Assembly: GCA_021613535.1 (NCBI GenBank)
Contig: CP075496.1
Location: 8,866,001 to 8,930,000, forward strand
Length of the DNA stretch: 64,000 bases
Origin: Adineta vaga
Lineage: Eukaryota > Animalia > Rotifera
Reading direction: 5' to 3'
Under the pieces are notes generated by a model. It was not told the origin of the DNA and did no database searches. It worked only from the letters and a program-made list of their open reading frames with translations. Positions 49,721 to 62,071 of this stretch are shown piece after piece. Both the position numbers and the translations under genes were made by a program. Each line of letters begins with the position of its first letter. Position 1 is the first letter of the stretch.

Positions 49721-50917
49721 TTAGTACTTTGCCTCTTGACATGAATTCAAATATAAGAAGAATGATAATATAATATAATAACACGAAACACATGTTTTCT
49801 GACCTGTTGAATTTGAATTTAGTTCGTGAATGCTGGGAAATCTTGATACACCCGTTGCTTTCTCGACAGCACGAATAATTGCACGTTCAACAGTTTCAGC
49901 TGCCATCATACCAATAAGATTAATATTTGAAACAGGTGAAGCACCAGTAGCTAACGTGAAAATAACATCTCCATCAAGCATTGTATGAACAGGATTGATT
50001 GCTCGAGCAAATCCATCGTGAGCCATTTGTGAAATTTTCTTTGCTTGAGCTTTAGTAAGTGTAGCATCCGTTACTATACAAGCAAGGGTTGTTGCTGTTC
50101 CAACAGGAAAATTATCATATATATTCGGACTCATACTAAGTAAATACTGAACTGTATTTAATAAGTGCTTACCATCTGGAGTTTGAGCACCGGCAATTAA
50201 TTTACCATTTTTGTAAATGTCGCCTGCCGCATTAACAGCAACGAGCGCACCCACTGTAACTGTAGCATTGGTGATTGCATCTCGAACAGTAATAGAAGTA
50301 CTACCAAGTCCAGCTTTCATAGCATTATTTATGCTAAGTATTTTTCCTATACTAGCACCACTACCAGCACCAACATTACCTTCAGCAACAGGTCCATTAT
50401 CAGCTGTCATACAGGCTGAATAACCTGATTGAGCATCAGGCACTATAAATGAATCATTACCGACACTTAAATCATATAATACAGCAGCTGGTACGATAGG
50501 AACGAGACGATCCCGAGCAGGATGTCCCATCTTTTTTTCGACGAGACATTGAACGACACCAGATGCTGAATCTAATCCAAATACACTACCGCCAGATAAA
50601 ACAATAGCATTAACATTACTAATTGCATTAATCGGATCGAGAAGATCAGTTTCACGTGTACCAGGAGCTGCTCCACGAACATCAACACCTGCAGTACATG
50701 TTGTATTACATATAATAACAGTACATCCTGTTAAACGTTCTGCTTTTGAACTATGACCAACCAGTATGCCATCAATATCTGTAATAGATCCATTATATGA
50801 GTCATCTTCTATCAATGTTTGTTTAAACTCAGTTGAATGTTTCTCTTCACACGGTGCTTCACATGGAAATGTACGAAGATAGAAGATAAGTATTAAGATA
50901 ATATCAATCCGCAACAT
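49721..50917 (-). CDS. Peptidase family S58/P1 (DmpA-like L-aminopeptidase/D-esterase) with signal peptide and hydrophobic C-terminal tail
   Basis: ITDIDGILVGH, TGCTVI, VDVRGAAPGTRETDLLDP, LSGGSVFGL, EGNVGAGSGA, VNAAGD, and AHDGFARAINPVHTMLDGD. Intronless. Confidence 0.92.
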   Translation of the reverse strand: MLRIDIILILIFYLRTFPCEAPCEEKHSTEFKQTLIEDDSYNGSITDIDGILVGHSSKAERLTGCTVIICNTTCTAGVDVRGAAPGTRETDLLDPINAISNVNAIVLSGGSVFGLDSASGVVQCLVEKKMGHPARDRLVPIVPAAVLYDLSVGNDSFIVPDAQSGYSACMTADNGPVAEGNVGAGSGASIGKILSINNAMKAGLGSTSITVRDAITNATVTVGALVAVNAAGDIYKNGKLIAGAQTPDGKHLLNTVQYLLSMSPNIYDNFPVGTATTLACIVTDATLTKAQAKKISQMAHDGFARAINPVHTMLDGDVIFTLATGASPVSNINLIGMMAAETVERAIIRAVEKATGVSRFPSIHELNSNSTGQKTCVSCYYIILSFFLYLNSCQEAKY

Positions 50918-51847
50918 GACTAAGTGTTCAGTGTAGAAATTCAAATTTTATTAATCATAAACAGAATGTGTCGTCAGTATGTCAATGATTGCTAAAAATA
51001 GATGAAAATAGAATGTGATCGTAATGTGTTGCATATTTAGTGTATAGTTAAAAAAAAAAGAGTTATTTTATAAAGTGATCATATAACCTATACAGTCACC
51101 AGAAGAGTAGATAATATTTATGAGAGTCATTAAGTTTTTATTGGTATATGTTTCTTGTTTTAAATGTCTCTATTCATCTTCAGAATGAGAGAATGAAAAT
51201 TATAGAATGCTTGTATACTACGGTGGTTTCTACAAGTAAGTACAAAATATCTGACAACTCTAAAACTTACAATACATTCCCGGAAAATACTTTTTTGCAA
51301 ATAATTCATTGTGATATAGAAGTAGAAATAGGGGAGAATAGAAATGGAAAAAAAGATATAACCATCTTATGAAGGATAGTGTGATAGCAATATTGACATG
51401 CACACATGTTTGTCTTTTAATGGAAAAATAACATCGATAAATCTATCTATCTGTCTAGAGATAACTCGAAGAATAAAAGATAAAGCAATGACGAATCAAT
51501 GAACTGAGCTATATGTGAAATAAAATGTTTTCTGTCCTTCGAAAAGATTTCTTGTTACAATATTTACATAGGATAATGGCGACGGATTACCTGTTATTGT
51601 CTTTTTCATTGTAGATTCACATATTTAGACTAAAAGGTCAAAAATTTCACAACTAAACTGAAGTAACAACGGTACTTTAAAATACTGTACAAATAATTTC
51701 GTAGTTTTATTCATAAATGTATCATTTCTAGGCTTTCCAAATTGTTAAACATGATAGTAATAAAATGATCAACAATTACTTTAATACAGTCAGTTATATA
51801 AAATAAAATATGATACATATATTTGGTAATTCAACTGATTGATCAAA

Positions 51848-52861
51848 TTATATCCCATGTCGAATTTGTAACTGGTGTAGTTTCCTTAGAATGAATAGTT
51901 GAAGTTCACGTCGAAATATATCGGATGAAACAAGAAAATTAGCGAATGTTAATGCAAATCCAAGATAAATGAAAACATATGTCATATTACTAATGAATAA
52001 TTCAATTGTAAGACGAATCAACGGTCTGACAGCATTTATTGTATACGAATAATAGATCAGATAACATGGATTGGGTAAATTTAGAAATATGAAAAGAAAT
52101 AGTTGATTAATTAACATTCTATACAATTGCATATCTTTTCTTGAAAGATGATTAATACGGATATGTTGTTCAACATGTGATGCTTGATTTATCCCGATAC
52201 GTCGTTTACTTTGATGAATATTTCGAATAGTTAAAACACCGAAAATAACCATTAACAAGATCGGAAGAATTCCACTATCGATTGAGATATAGATACTAAA
52301 AATCATTCCATATACTCCTGATTGATACTGGCAAATGTCGTCATTAATATCATAGAAAATAAGAACTTGTATGTAAATCAAAGACCAAATAATACTACTG
52401 ATAATGATAATTTTGAGAGCAACTTTTGATGAACTGTATCGACGACGAGCAACATTTTGGGAACTAGCAAAATAACGATCTATCGAAGCCATGATAATGT
52501 TATAACGCGAATTAGCTGTAAGAATGTAGAAGAGATAAAAGCGAATTTTACAAAACCAGTCATAAGTGTTTATCACTTGAACGTCATATCCATATAGAAG
52601 CATACGATTAAGAAGAGCGAAATTGAAAGAAAAAAATTGAAAAAAATTAGATGCAAGAAAGTACATAGCGCAAGGACTCTTTCGGAATGTTGGTTGATAG
52701 AAAACAATACAATTTAAAGCTGATCCTATGTTACCCATCAGATAGATAAGACCAAGACCATATTGTGAAAACGTTTTATTCAAAAAGCTAATTAAATTAA
52801 TCAGATTAACTGGTTGACCTTCATCATTAATTTGACTATAATTCATAGTTGTATTGCTCAT
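51848..52861 (-). CDS. Intronless orphan rhodopsin-like 7TM GPCR
   Basis: GNIGS..N (TM1), SPCAMYFLAS, FCKIRFY, ASIDRY, and FRRE after TM7. Confidence 0.88.
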   Translation of the reverse strand: MSNTTMNYSQINDEGQPVNLINLISFLNKTFSQYGLGLIYLMGNIGSALNCIVFYQPTFRKSPCAMYFLASNFFQFFSFNFALLNRMLLYGYDVQVINTYDWFCKIRFYLFYILTANSRYNIIMASIDRYFASSQNVARRRYSSSKVALKIIIISSIIWSLIYIQVLIFYDINDDICQYQSGVYGMIFSIYISIDSGILPILLMVIFGVLTIRNIHQSKRRIGINQASHVEQHIRINHLSRKDMQLYRMLINQLFLFIFLNLPNPCYLIYYSYTINAVRPLIRLTIELFISNMTYVFIYLGFALTFANFLVSSDIFRRELQLFILRKLHQLQIRHGI

Positions 52862-53425
52862 GATGAGAAAAGTGTAAAAACCTTCTTTCATTGAATATTC
52901 TGCATGAGAATTGCTATGATATGGTTATGGTTGTTCTTTGAGAATACACATCAGAAACTTAATTCTCGTCATAGATTCTATTATATTTGATGTAACTTAA
53001 TAAGATTATAAACGTGCGTGTCAATTAACGTAAGAAAATAATCTATCCGTTAAAAAAACTAATTAGTTTAACACTGTAAATAATAAGAAATCGAAGGAGT
53101 TGCAATAAACTTCTTTCAATTCTTTTTCTTTGCTTCGAATATATAAGACTCAAAGACATCCCACAATATCTACAAAAATGAATACAATCAACTCTTCAAT
53201 TGTTTGACTTTCAAAGAAGATGTTTTCTATGGAAATGTACTAAAATAAAACAAAGAAGAGAAAAGATTTATTATTGAATAGATGACATCAGTTGGAAAAA
53301 TTTGTCATGGTAAATAAATCTTTGTCATTATATTGTTGAATATGCACTAATAATCAAATTTTGAGAGAAGCTAAACAGATAATTTTTCAATTGAAAAAAA
53401 AAAACGAGTACTCTTAACCTGCAAT

Positions 53426-54130
53426 TCAAATGCGTCTATGTTCGTAATTACAAGGAAGATATTGTAGTGAATTTTGTTTGTGATCAGTTAAACATTTTTC
53501 CGGTGGAATAAATATATTTGGATCATTGATACCAAGTGTGATATCATAATATCCTATGTGGTTTACATTCCCACTTGGTTCAAATACAATATTGGATACT
53601 GGCAAGCACTTGTTTTCAGTCCATGTTCCAATGTAACGTGCAGTTTGATTGATAGGAATGGTTTGCTTCCATGTCCTCATAGAAAGACAATGTATTTAAT
53701 CAATATGCGCCGTTATAAAATTAAAGAACTCTTACCAGATAGTGACAAGAAGTCCAGAATCAGAAACAGTAGATGAACCTATATAAGCTTCACCAAGTGA
53801 TTTTGCATCTGGTTGAATACTAAAATCATGCCATGGTTGATCAAAGTTGAAACGTGAACAATTACCAGTCTTCATATCGATCATAAACACAAGTTTAGCT
53901 TGATATAAACTAATAATATCATAATAAGTTTCCGTATGATCAACTTTCACATGCTGTAGAATTCGTGTGCGTTGATAAACTGAATCATAACTGAATCGAC
54001 CAAGAAGATCAGCATCTAGATTTGGATTTGAACTATGAACGCGTGCTTCCCATTGACGAGGACTTGTACACGGACGTGGTACTTGTGCCAAGGTAATTCC
54101 AAGTAAATAAAGAATATTTAATAACAACAT
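53426..54130 (-). CDS. Ependymin-related protein (EPDR family); 2 exons
   Basis: Signal peptide, PRPCTSPRQWEAR, SYDSVYQRTR, WTENKCLPV, and GINDPNIFIPPEKC. Intron 53735..53676. Confidence 0.88.
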
Positions 54131-54536
54131 TTGATAATCACAACTGGAAAAGTAACTATATGTAATAGAACTTCAACTGGTATCTTCTTCTTTTCATTCT
54201 CTTTGATGAATCCGATAGTTGAAAGATAAGATTATAAACCTAGTTGTAGTTTCAGCTACCTGAAGAAGGAAAGACAAAAGAGCAGTATTGTCCTTATCAG
54301 TTGTATATTATTATTTGTAGATTATTCTCATTTCTAAACAAGAAAATGAATTGAAACGCGTCTGTCTGTGCATCTATAATAAATTCTTTTTGATGTAGAT
54401 GGTGCCTATATAGATCATTAGACCATTTGCTCGTCCGTAGGCAAAAGAATAATCAGTCCTTCGTCTTCTGAGCATGCTCATATATATATATATATATTAG
54501 AAGTGAATTCATTTATTCGATCGTCTCAAATAAAAC

Positions 54537-55789
54537 ATGACAAATAAAAAATATGAATATGAATATATGGATGAAGCATCGATCAGTTCTGACTTGATGT
54601 GTAGTATATGCAGTAAACCATTCAATCAACCAATATCGGCACCATGTAAACATACATTTTGTCGAGAATGTATTGACCGATGGATTGGAAAAAATAATAA
54701 AACATGTCCTATATGTCGTTCTCAAATAAGAGCTATGAATGAATTTATTCCAGTTTGTCATCCATTTCAAAATATGCTTGATCGATTAAAAATAAAATGT
54801 TCAACATGTAATCAAACAGATTTACAACGTGATAATTTTAATGATCATATTAACAAAATTTGTCCAAAAGTCAATGTTTTCTGTTCGGCTGCCGATATTA
54901 AATGTTCTTGGACTGGATTACGTGAACAACTTTCAACACATTTAACCGTATGTAAATATGAACCATTACGATCTATCTTAACTCAACTTATGAATGAAAA
55001 CAAACAATTACTTAATGAACAGATTAAACAAAATAATATTCAAATGAATGAAACAACAAATCGATTATTAACGATAAGCAATCGTAAGTATATAAACGAT
55101 CAAGATGTATAGAATATTATTTATGTTTCTTGTAGATCAATATTTGCATGAAAAACTAATTGAAAATGAAACTGATTTAATTATTGATTATTCTCAACAA
55201 AAAATAACAGATCGTTATTTAACAGCTCTTATTCCACAAATAATCAATAAACAATGTATAATTTTACAATTACAAAGTAATGCAATTACATCACAAGGTA
55301 TTCTAATTTGTATCAAATGTACTATTGAACAATATAACAACATTACAAGATTTATGGCTTAGTAATAATTGTGTATCTGATTTAGGTGTAGAAATTCTAA
55401 TAGATAAATTTTTACGAAATAGTACTACACTTCATCATCTTCATCTTGGTTCAAATTGTATTACTGATCGTGGCATTTTTAATTTAGTTGAAATGCTTAA
55501 AAGAAATCGAACATTAACTGACCTTTGGCTTTATGACAATCAGATTACTGATCGAGGTGTAAATCATTTGGCAAATACATTAAAGAATGAGAATAGAAAT
55601 CTGAAACATTTGGATCTACAATGGAATCGACAAGTAACGGATTCATGTGTTGAATCATTGGCAAATATGTTTGAACGAAATCAAATCTTAGAGAGATTAA
55701 ATTTACGAAAATGTAATTTAACTATGGCAGGTAAAATGCAACTTTTTCGAGCAGTTGCAACAAGAAAAGATTTCAAACTTACTGTTTAA
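54537..55789 (+). CDS. RING + TRAF-type zinc finger + RI-like LRR protein, with an apparent frameshift at ~55308
   Basis: CSIC..CKHTFCRECI..CPIC RING, TRAF-like C/H motifs, intron 55085..55135, and LxxLxLxxNxITDxG repeats. Confidence 0.8.
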
Positions 55790-56323
55790 TTCCATATATA
55801 TATATATTATTCAAATATTCATGTTCTTAATAAATATCAGCAACAATTCATTGAGTAGTTTCATTGTTACAATAAAATTTCATTCAATTGCATTTAAATT
55901 TTGTTAAAATTTTTGGATCTATCAATGATAATAATGCAGATAATTATTGTACAATATAATTAGTCAATAAAATAAATCCATTTATATATATATATATTCT
56001 TTCCAAGGTCTTATTTGTCGATATTTGTCAGATCAGCGTGCACTTTGAATATATTAATTCTATGCTTTCTAATTCTTTCAACTAATCCTATACATATACA
56101 AATCCTCTTTATTATTCAAATACTTTGTATTCGAAAACATATATTGATGACTTTCTTCTTCTTCTTCTTGTTTTCGTCAACAAAAGTGCAAGAACTACTG
56201 ATGCAATGGCATAGTTACTCGAAAATGTCTTCGAATATTTTACATACGCTCTATACTTGAATGTACATATGAAAAAGATTTCTTTCATGTTTTATCTTAT
56301 AGACAATTCAAACGCATTGTACC

Positions 56324-57115
56324 ATGTTGTCGTACAGCATCTTGGCAACACTTATGGTGATTGTGGAAATTACTCTAATCGTAATTTCTTCTATTATTTT
56401 ACTGATGTTACCAATGGAAAAGTTCGTCCACTTATTTTACGAATTATTTGGCTTTAAACAAATCTCTAATAATGATAAGAAAGAAATCATCATTATCGAT
56501 CTATATGATGACAAATATGAATTAACTACTAAATGTTCAACTCGTCTTCCATTAGTTCTGGTCATAAGTATGTGTTTAATGATCATCTTTGTAGTATTCA
56601 TCGATGGATGCGTTTTCTCAGTACGACTGTTCTATCCAAATCAACTATGTTTAGATAATATTCCTTATTGTTATTTGTTTCAATCTCGTTTTTCTGTATA
56701 CAAAACAGTTGCCGAGTTTGTTTGTCAACCAAATGAACCTGTTTTGCCAGTGAATATATCAGCAAGTCATGCTCTCTGTTATGGTTTTGTACTACCTAGT
56801 CAAAGTACAATTGATATTCTTAATCAGTTAGGTATTTGTTCAGGTATTTTATCAATTGTTAAAATCCTTTATCCACTTACCTATCGATTTGGACGTTACT
56901 TTACGGGAACAATTTGTTTGATTTGTTTAATATGTGGTATTATCATAGCAGAAATTGTTCTTATTTCTCTGCAATTCGAAATATCTTATGTATCATTTAT
57001 TTTATTGAGTTTAGTATTATTTCTAATGATAACAATTATTTATATACATTATAAAAGACGTAAAATACGTAAATCATATTTTCCTGTGTCAATGATTGAT
57101 TTAAATAAATTTTAG
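56324..57115 (+). CDS. Hypothetical multipass membrane protein (5' end uncertain)
   Basis: 263-aa ORF with ~5 TM segments and a Cys-containing loop. Confidence 0.7.
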   Translation: MLSYSILATLMVIVEITLIVISSIILLMLPMEKFVHLFYELFGFKQISNNDKKEIIIIDLYDDKYELTTKCSTRLPLVLVISMCLMIIFVVFIDGCVFSVRLFYPNQLCLDNIPYCYLFQSRFSVYKTVAEFVCQPNEPVLPVNISASHALCYGFVLPSQSTIDILNQLGICSGILSIVKILYPLTYRFGRYFTGTICLICLICGIIIAEIVLISLQFEISYVSFILLSLVLFLMITIIYIHYKRRKIRKSYFPVSMIDLNKF

Positions 57116-57530
57116 CAGTACTATAATTAAACTTCGTGGCAAAATCGCTTCCCAATCGAATTATACAATCTCATTAAATGAATATTGTCTGACTCATAAA
57201 GATGAATGTATTTTTACCTTTTTTGTTTTCTTCTGATCAGATGAAACTTATCTCTGCGTCATCGATTACCATCGATATGTGCGTGAATAAGAATAACGCG
57301 AGGAAAGGTCTTGCATGATTGCTTTTTCAGGGAAGAAAAAATGATGTTTAAATACGTCATATAAACATTAACAACGTATTTATTCTTGCTCATTATTATT
57401 CATTTGACAAAAAAAATCAAGAAAAGAAAGGGACAACCTAATAGATGCGTCAGTCATTTTGTTGATCTGCACGAAATTATCATTGTATACTTTTAAGATT
57501 TGTTTCTAATCAAATTGAAAATACAATCAA

Positions 57531-59257
57531 ATGAGTAAGTTTCTTCTCGTTATAACTATCTCATATGTGTTGAAAATACTCTTTTAAACTTCATTATCAT
57601 GATTGATAAAAGTATTCGATACTATGATATAGAATCACTGAGTTACTCCTTGATAAGTAAAGAACATTTGTTTTTCTTTCACATAGGTTTTATTGTCAAA
57701 AAAATAGAGAAGAAAATAGGAATCGATTTAAATAATGATGGTGTGATCGGATCTAGTAAGAAATGAATATATTGATATTGATCCTATATGATATGATATT
57801 ATTTTATTTTATTTTGAAAAGCACATCAGCCTGTATATGTTGGTGGTTATCATCAACCAGGATATAGAGGTGAAACTTTAGTGGATAAAATCGAAAAAAA
57901 AACACACATCGATATCAATGGTGATGGACATATTGGTAAACAACATTTCAATCATTCCGGTGGTCAGGGTATATTAAATGAATTAGAAAAAGCAACTAAT
58001 ATTGACTTGGATGGCGATGGTAGAATTGGCGGTCTTCCAAATCGTTCTTCCAACTATTCACGATATCGTGGTCCTCCTCCTTCACACTTCAACCAATCTA
58101 CTGGTGGTAGTATGATAAGTGAACTCGAGAAAGCTACAAATATAGACTTAAATCACGATGGTGTAATTGGTGGATCTTCATATCCACCACCATTTAACTC
58201 CTATGGTGGTGGTGGTCCTCCCTCTCCTAATTTCAATCAATATGGAGGTGGAAATAGTATGATCAGTGAATTGGAAAAAGCTACAAATATAGATCTTAAT
58301 CGTGATGGACGAATTGGCGGTCCTTCATATCCACCACCATTTAACTCCTACGGTGGTGGTCCACCTCCTCCTAATTTCAATCAATATGGAGGTGGTAATA
58401 GTATGATTAGTGAATTGGAAAAAGCTACAAATATTGATTTGAACCGTGATGGACGGATTGGCGGTCCTTCGTATCCACCACCATTTAATTCCTATGGTGG
58501 TGGTGGTGGTGGTCCTCCCCCTCCTAATTTCAATCAATATGGAGGTGGAAATAGTATGATCAGTGAATTGGAAAAAGCTACAAATATCGATTTGAACCGT
58601 GATGGACGAATTGGCGGTCCTTCGTATCCGCCACCATTTAATTCCTATGGTGGTGGTGGTGGTGGTCCTCCTCCTCCTAATTTCAATCAATATGGAGGTG
58701 GTAATAGTATGATTAGTGAATTGGAAAAAGCTACAAATATTGATTTGAACCGTGATGGACGAATTGGTGGTGCACCCAACTACCCTCCATATGGCGGTCC
58801 ACCTCCTCTCCCTAACTTCAACCAAGCCGGTGGTGGTGGTGGTAGTATGATAAGTGAACTCGAGAAAGCTACAAATATCGATTTGAACCGTGATGGACGA
58901 ATTGGCGGTCCTTCGTATCCGCCACCATTTAATTCCTATGGTGGTGGTGGTGGTGGTCCTCCCCCTCCTAATTTCAATCAATATGGAGGTGGTAATAGTA
59001 TGATAAGTGAATTGGAAAAAGCTACAAATATCGATTTGAATCGCGATGGTGTAATTGGCGGTCCACCTATGCCTCACTCAAATTTTTCTCCGTATCCACC
59101 ACCATTTAATCCCTATAATGGTCCTCACAATTTCAATCAACCTGGAAACAGCAGTATGATTAGTGAATTGGAAAAGGCAACAGGCATTGACTTAAATCGT
59201 GATGGAATCATTGGTGGTCCTCCTAACCAGTTTCCTAATTATAACCCGTATCGCTAG
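57531..59257 (+). CDS. G/P/N/Y-rich repeat protein with 11 EKxxxIDLNxDGxIG motifs; 3 exons
   Basis: ATG A|gtaagt at 57531; exon 57687-57755; exon 57822-59257, all in frame. Repeats of SMISELEKATNIDLNRDGRIGG are separated by PPPFNSYGGGPPPPNFNQYGGG linkers. Confidence 0.85.
58100..59220 (+). repeat. Coding tandem repeat, unit ~140-155 bp
   Basis: Near-identical units recur at ~58127, 58274, 58418, 58571, 58724, 58862, 59015 and 59171. Length differences are multiples of 3. Confidence 0.9.
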
Positions 59258-60249
59258 AAACTTTACGATTGATATCGAATGTATTTCTATTGAATTATAT
59301 TTTTTTTAAATATTATAAAGGCAATATTCTAATAAACTTTGTACATAATTCTGATTTATAGATGCTAGAAATTATCTAAAAATGATGCAAATGTGGGAAC
59401 TAATATCTTCTTTTTCACGTACGAAATAAGGAAACAGAGTGGACACTACTGAAAGAATCAAATAAGATTACATGAACACTAAAATATCGTTTTAGTTAAA
59501 GACTATATAACTCTTAATTTTTTCATTTTCACATAAAAAGCAATGTTTAGTAAGAAAAGGATGCAATTCATTGTTCATCTCTGTTCATATTTATCTCTCT
59601 TATAATCTAACTTCTTACATCTAACAGTACAAATGTTTTAAAGAAAACCCACTTATTTGTATTCAATAGTAAATTATTACTTTATAGACGTCAATCTTTC
59701 AAAAATTGTATCTCGCTCATACATGGTAATTTAAAATAACGCAATAGTTTTGTGTTCATCATTTATTTCGAATCTGACACTTGTAGAAGAGATGTTTTAT
59801 CGACGTTTACATAAACCATTTTGCGATACAGAGTATATTTTAATAGTACTAAACTCAATATCAGACAACAGAAAAATATTAATTCAATCATCTTTTCAAG
59901 TTCTTTGTTAATTAATCGATTCGAAAAATTTAGTATTCTTAACATTTTATCAGACCGATATCATTATTGTACTTGGAAGAAAATTTAGGCACAAAATATG
60001 ATAGATACTCTTGCATCCAGAAAGCATGAATAGATCTACTTGACATTGCTTAGAATTGTGAAACAGAGCAGCTGGTAGCGTTATTCTCTGCTGATCGACT
60101 ATGTCAATGTAGAGAATGTAACAGATGAAGTAAATGATACGTTAAATAAGAATGAAAAACAAATCCTTTATTTGAGTACGTGTATATCATTCTCTCTGTC
60201 GCTATATACATACTATTGTGTTCGTCAAAGACATTAAGATCATCATAAT

Positions 60250-60756
60250 ATGGAAGGTAGTAACGAATGGAATGGTGAGTATATCATTAGATATTATTCA
60301 AACTTTTGATAGTTTTAACTTGATTATTTCGTAGAATCATTGTTTGGTTGTTTTGATGATTGTGGAAGCTGTCTTTGTGGTTGGTGCTGTACGCCATGTT
60401 TATTTGGCAAAAATGCTGAAAAGATTGATGATAGTAATTGTTTTCTTTGGTGTTGCATTTATATGTGTCTAAGTGATTGTGCTTGTTGTTGGTATCCACA
60501 CTATGTCAAACGACAAATTCTTCGACAAAAATATGATCTAAAAGAAGATCCATGTTGTGGTGATTGTCTTGCAACATTTTGCTTTAGTCCTTGTGCACTT
60601 TGTCAAGAAGCTCGCTTTCTCAAACGTCAAGGTATAGTGAATATAGTTTAATGGTATACCGCGAGTTATATGTTTTCATGATTATTTGTAGCCGGACAAC
60701 CGAACGATACAATGCATTTGGTTCCACGTACGGTTCAACCTGGTAAACATTACTGA
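60250..60756 (+). CDS. PLAC8/cornifelin-family Cys-rich protein; 3 exons
   Basis: W..SLFGCFDD...C..GWCCTPCLFG, R..LRQKY, and DC....CFSPCALCQEAR. Exons 60250-60274, 60335-60631, 60692-60756. Confidence 0.9.
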
Positions 60757-61078
60757 ACCTATATATTCATCGACAATAATTCATATTCTTCTAACTATTT
60801 AAAGCACTATTTTTAATCGCTTTACTTTTGTTTCTTATTATTTACATATTTATCAACATATACATCTAGATGATATATCAAACCTCTTCCCTGTCCAATT
60901 AATTATTTGTTCAGTATGGATTTTAATGGCTATGTAATATGCTGATATGTCGGTGCATATTTTGATGTTAATTTTAAAAAAATCATAGATATCTGGTTTA
61001 GTATTTACATCAATGTATATTTCAACATTCTATATCGTAAACAGTGCGAATTATAGTTGCGATCTCTTTGAAGCAGGC

Positions 61079-62071
61079 TTAACGACTGTTCAGAACGTGT
61101 GTAGGTGGCCTTGAATTATTTCCAATATGATTCAAACGAGTGAAACAGTGTGCATATTTTGTGATGAGTTGTTTGAATTGTTTACGGAATGAGGATGAAA
61201 CAAACATGTAAATATAAAAATTAAAAGAGTAACCGGTATAAGAAAGTAATGAAGCTATTGTTAAACCAAGATTTTCTTGTGCTTGTCTAAGAAGAGTCTT
61301 TGATGTAGATTTGGTTAATAGTGTATAAATGATTTGTGTTGTATATGCAGTTGTACCGATAAGAATAAACATAGTTTGAGCAGTAATCATACGTGTTATT
61401 TGTTTTTGAATGTGTGTTCGCATTTGTTGTTGATGAAGATAGTTAATATTTAAAAAAGTTGAGATTGAAAATAGAATCATTAATATTGAAGGTAGAATAC
61501 CAAGGAGAAATGGAGTAACAACGTATGCTGCATATTGTTCATAATTCGTATTACTCGATAATGAACATGAAGTGATATTATTTGGTTTTGATATATTAAT
61601 TTGATTAAAAACTGTTAAAGGTAAAGCATGTAAAAACCAAACAGAAAATGTTAGAAATACTAAACAACGAGCAATTTTTATGGATGATAGATGTCTAAGA
61701 TAAGCTCGATTTGATGTCAATAAATATTGATCAATTATAGCCCATACAACGCAAAAAAGTGAAGTAAGAGCCGCTATTTGTCCAAAATATTGACGTAATT
61801 TACACCAGACTAAGATTGTTGATGATGGATCAAAATTAAAACCAGGTAAAATGATACGAGAAAGGAAGGATGTATTCAATAGTACTAGATTACCGATAGA
61901 TGCTGCAAGAAGATATATTGATGATGGATTCTTTTTCAATCGTTTTTGTGAACGAAACATTATAACACAAAAAATATTACTCCAAAGACCAGATACGTAG
62001 AGAAATATCCCAATGTAGATATTCACTTGTTTGCTAATATTATTTAAATATATGATGATGTCTGAAGACAT
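61079..62071 (-). CDS. Intronless orphan rhodopsin-like 7TM GPCR
   Basis: NPSSIYLLAAS, WCKLRQY, AIIDQY, and FYIYMFVSSSFRKQ. Confidence 0.88.
   Translation of the reverse strand: MSSDIIIYLNNISKQVNIYIGIFLYVSGLWSNIFCVIMFRSQKRLKKNPSSIYLLAASIGNLVLLNTSFLSRIILPGFNFDPSSTILVWCKLRQYFGQIAALTSLFCVVWAIIDQYLLTSNRAYLRHLSSIKIARCLVFLTFSVWFLHALPLTVFNQINISKPNNITSCSLSSNTNYEQYAAYVVTPFLLGILPSILMILFSISTFLNINYLHQQQMRTHIQKQITRMITAQTMFILIGTTAYTTQIIYTLLTKSTSKTLLRQAQENLGLTIASLLSYTGYSFNFYIYMFVSSSFRKQFKQLITKYAHCFTRLNHIGNNSRPPTHVLNSR

Noticed and set aside
53670-53740. Ependymin intron ends in GAG rather than YAG
   Set aside because: Rare but permissible, and the frame is preserved; not enough to call a pseudogene.
58325-59077. 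250-aa minus-strand ORF
   Set aside because: Antisense shadow of the coding repeat, with no independent protein features.
58100-59220. Regularly spaced repeats resembling a CRISPR array
   Set aside because: The spacers are themselves repeated, the units keep the reading frame, the context is eukaryotic, and no cas genes are present.
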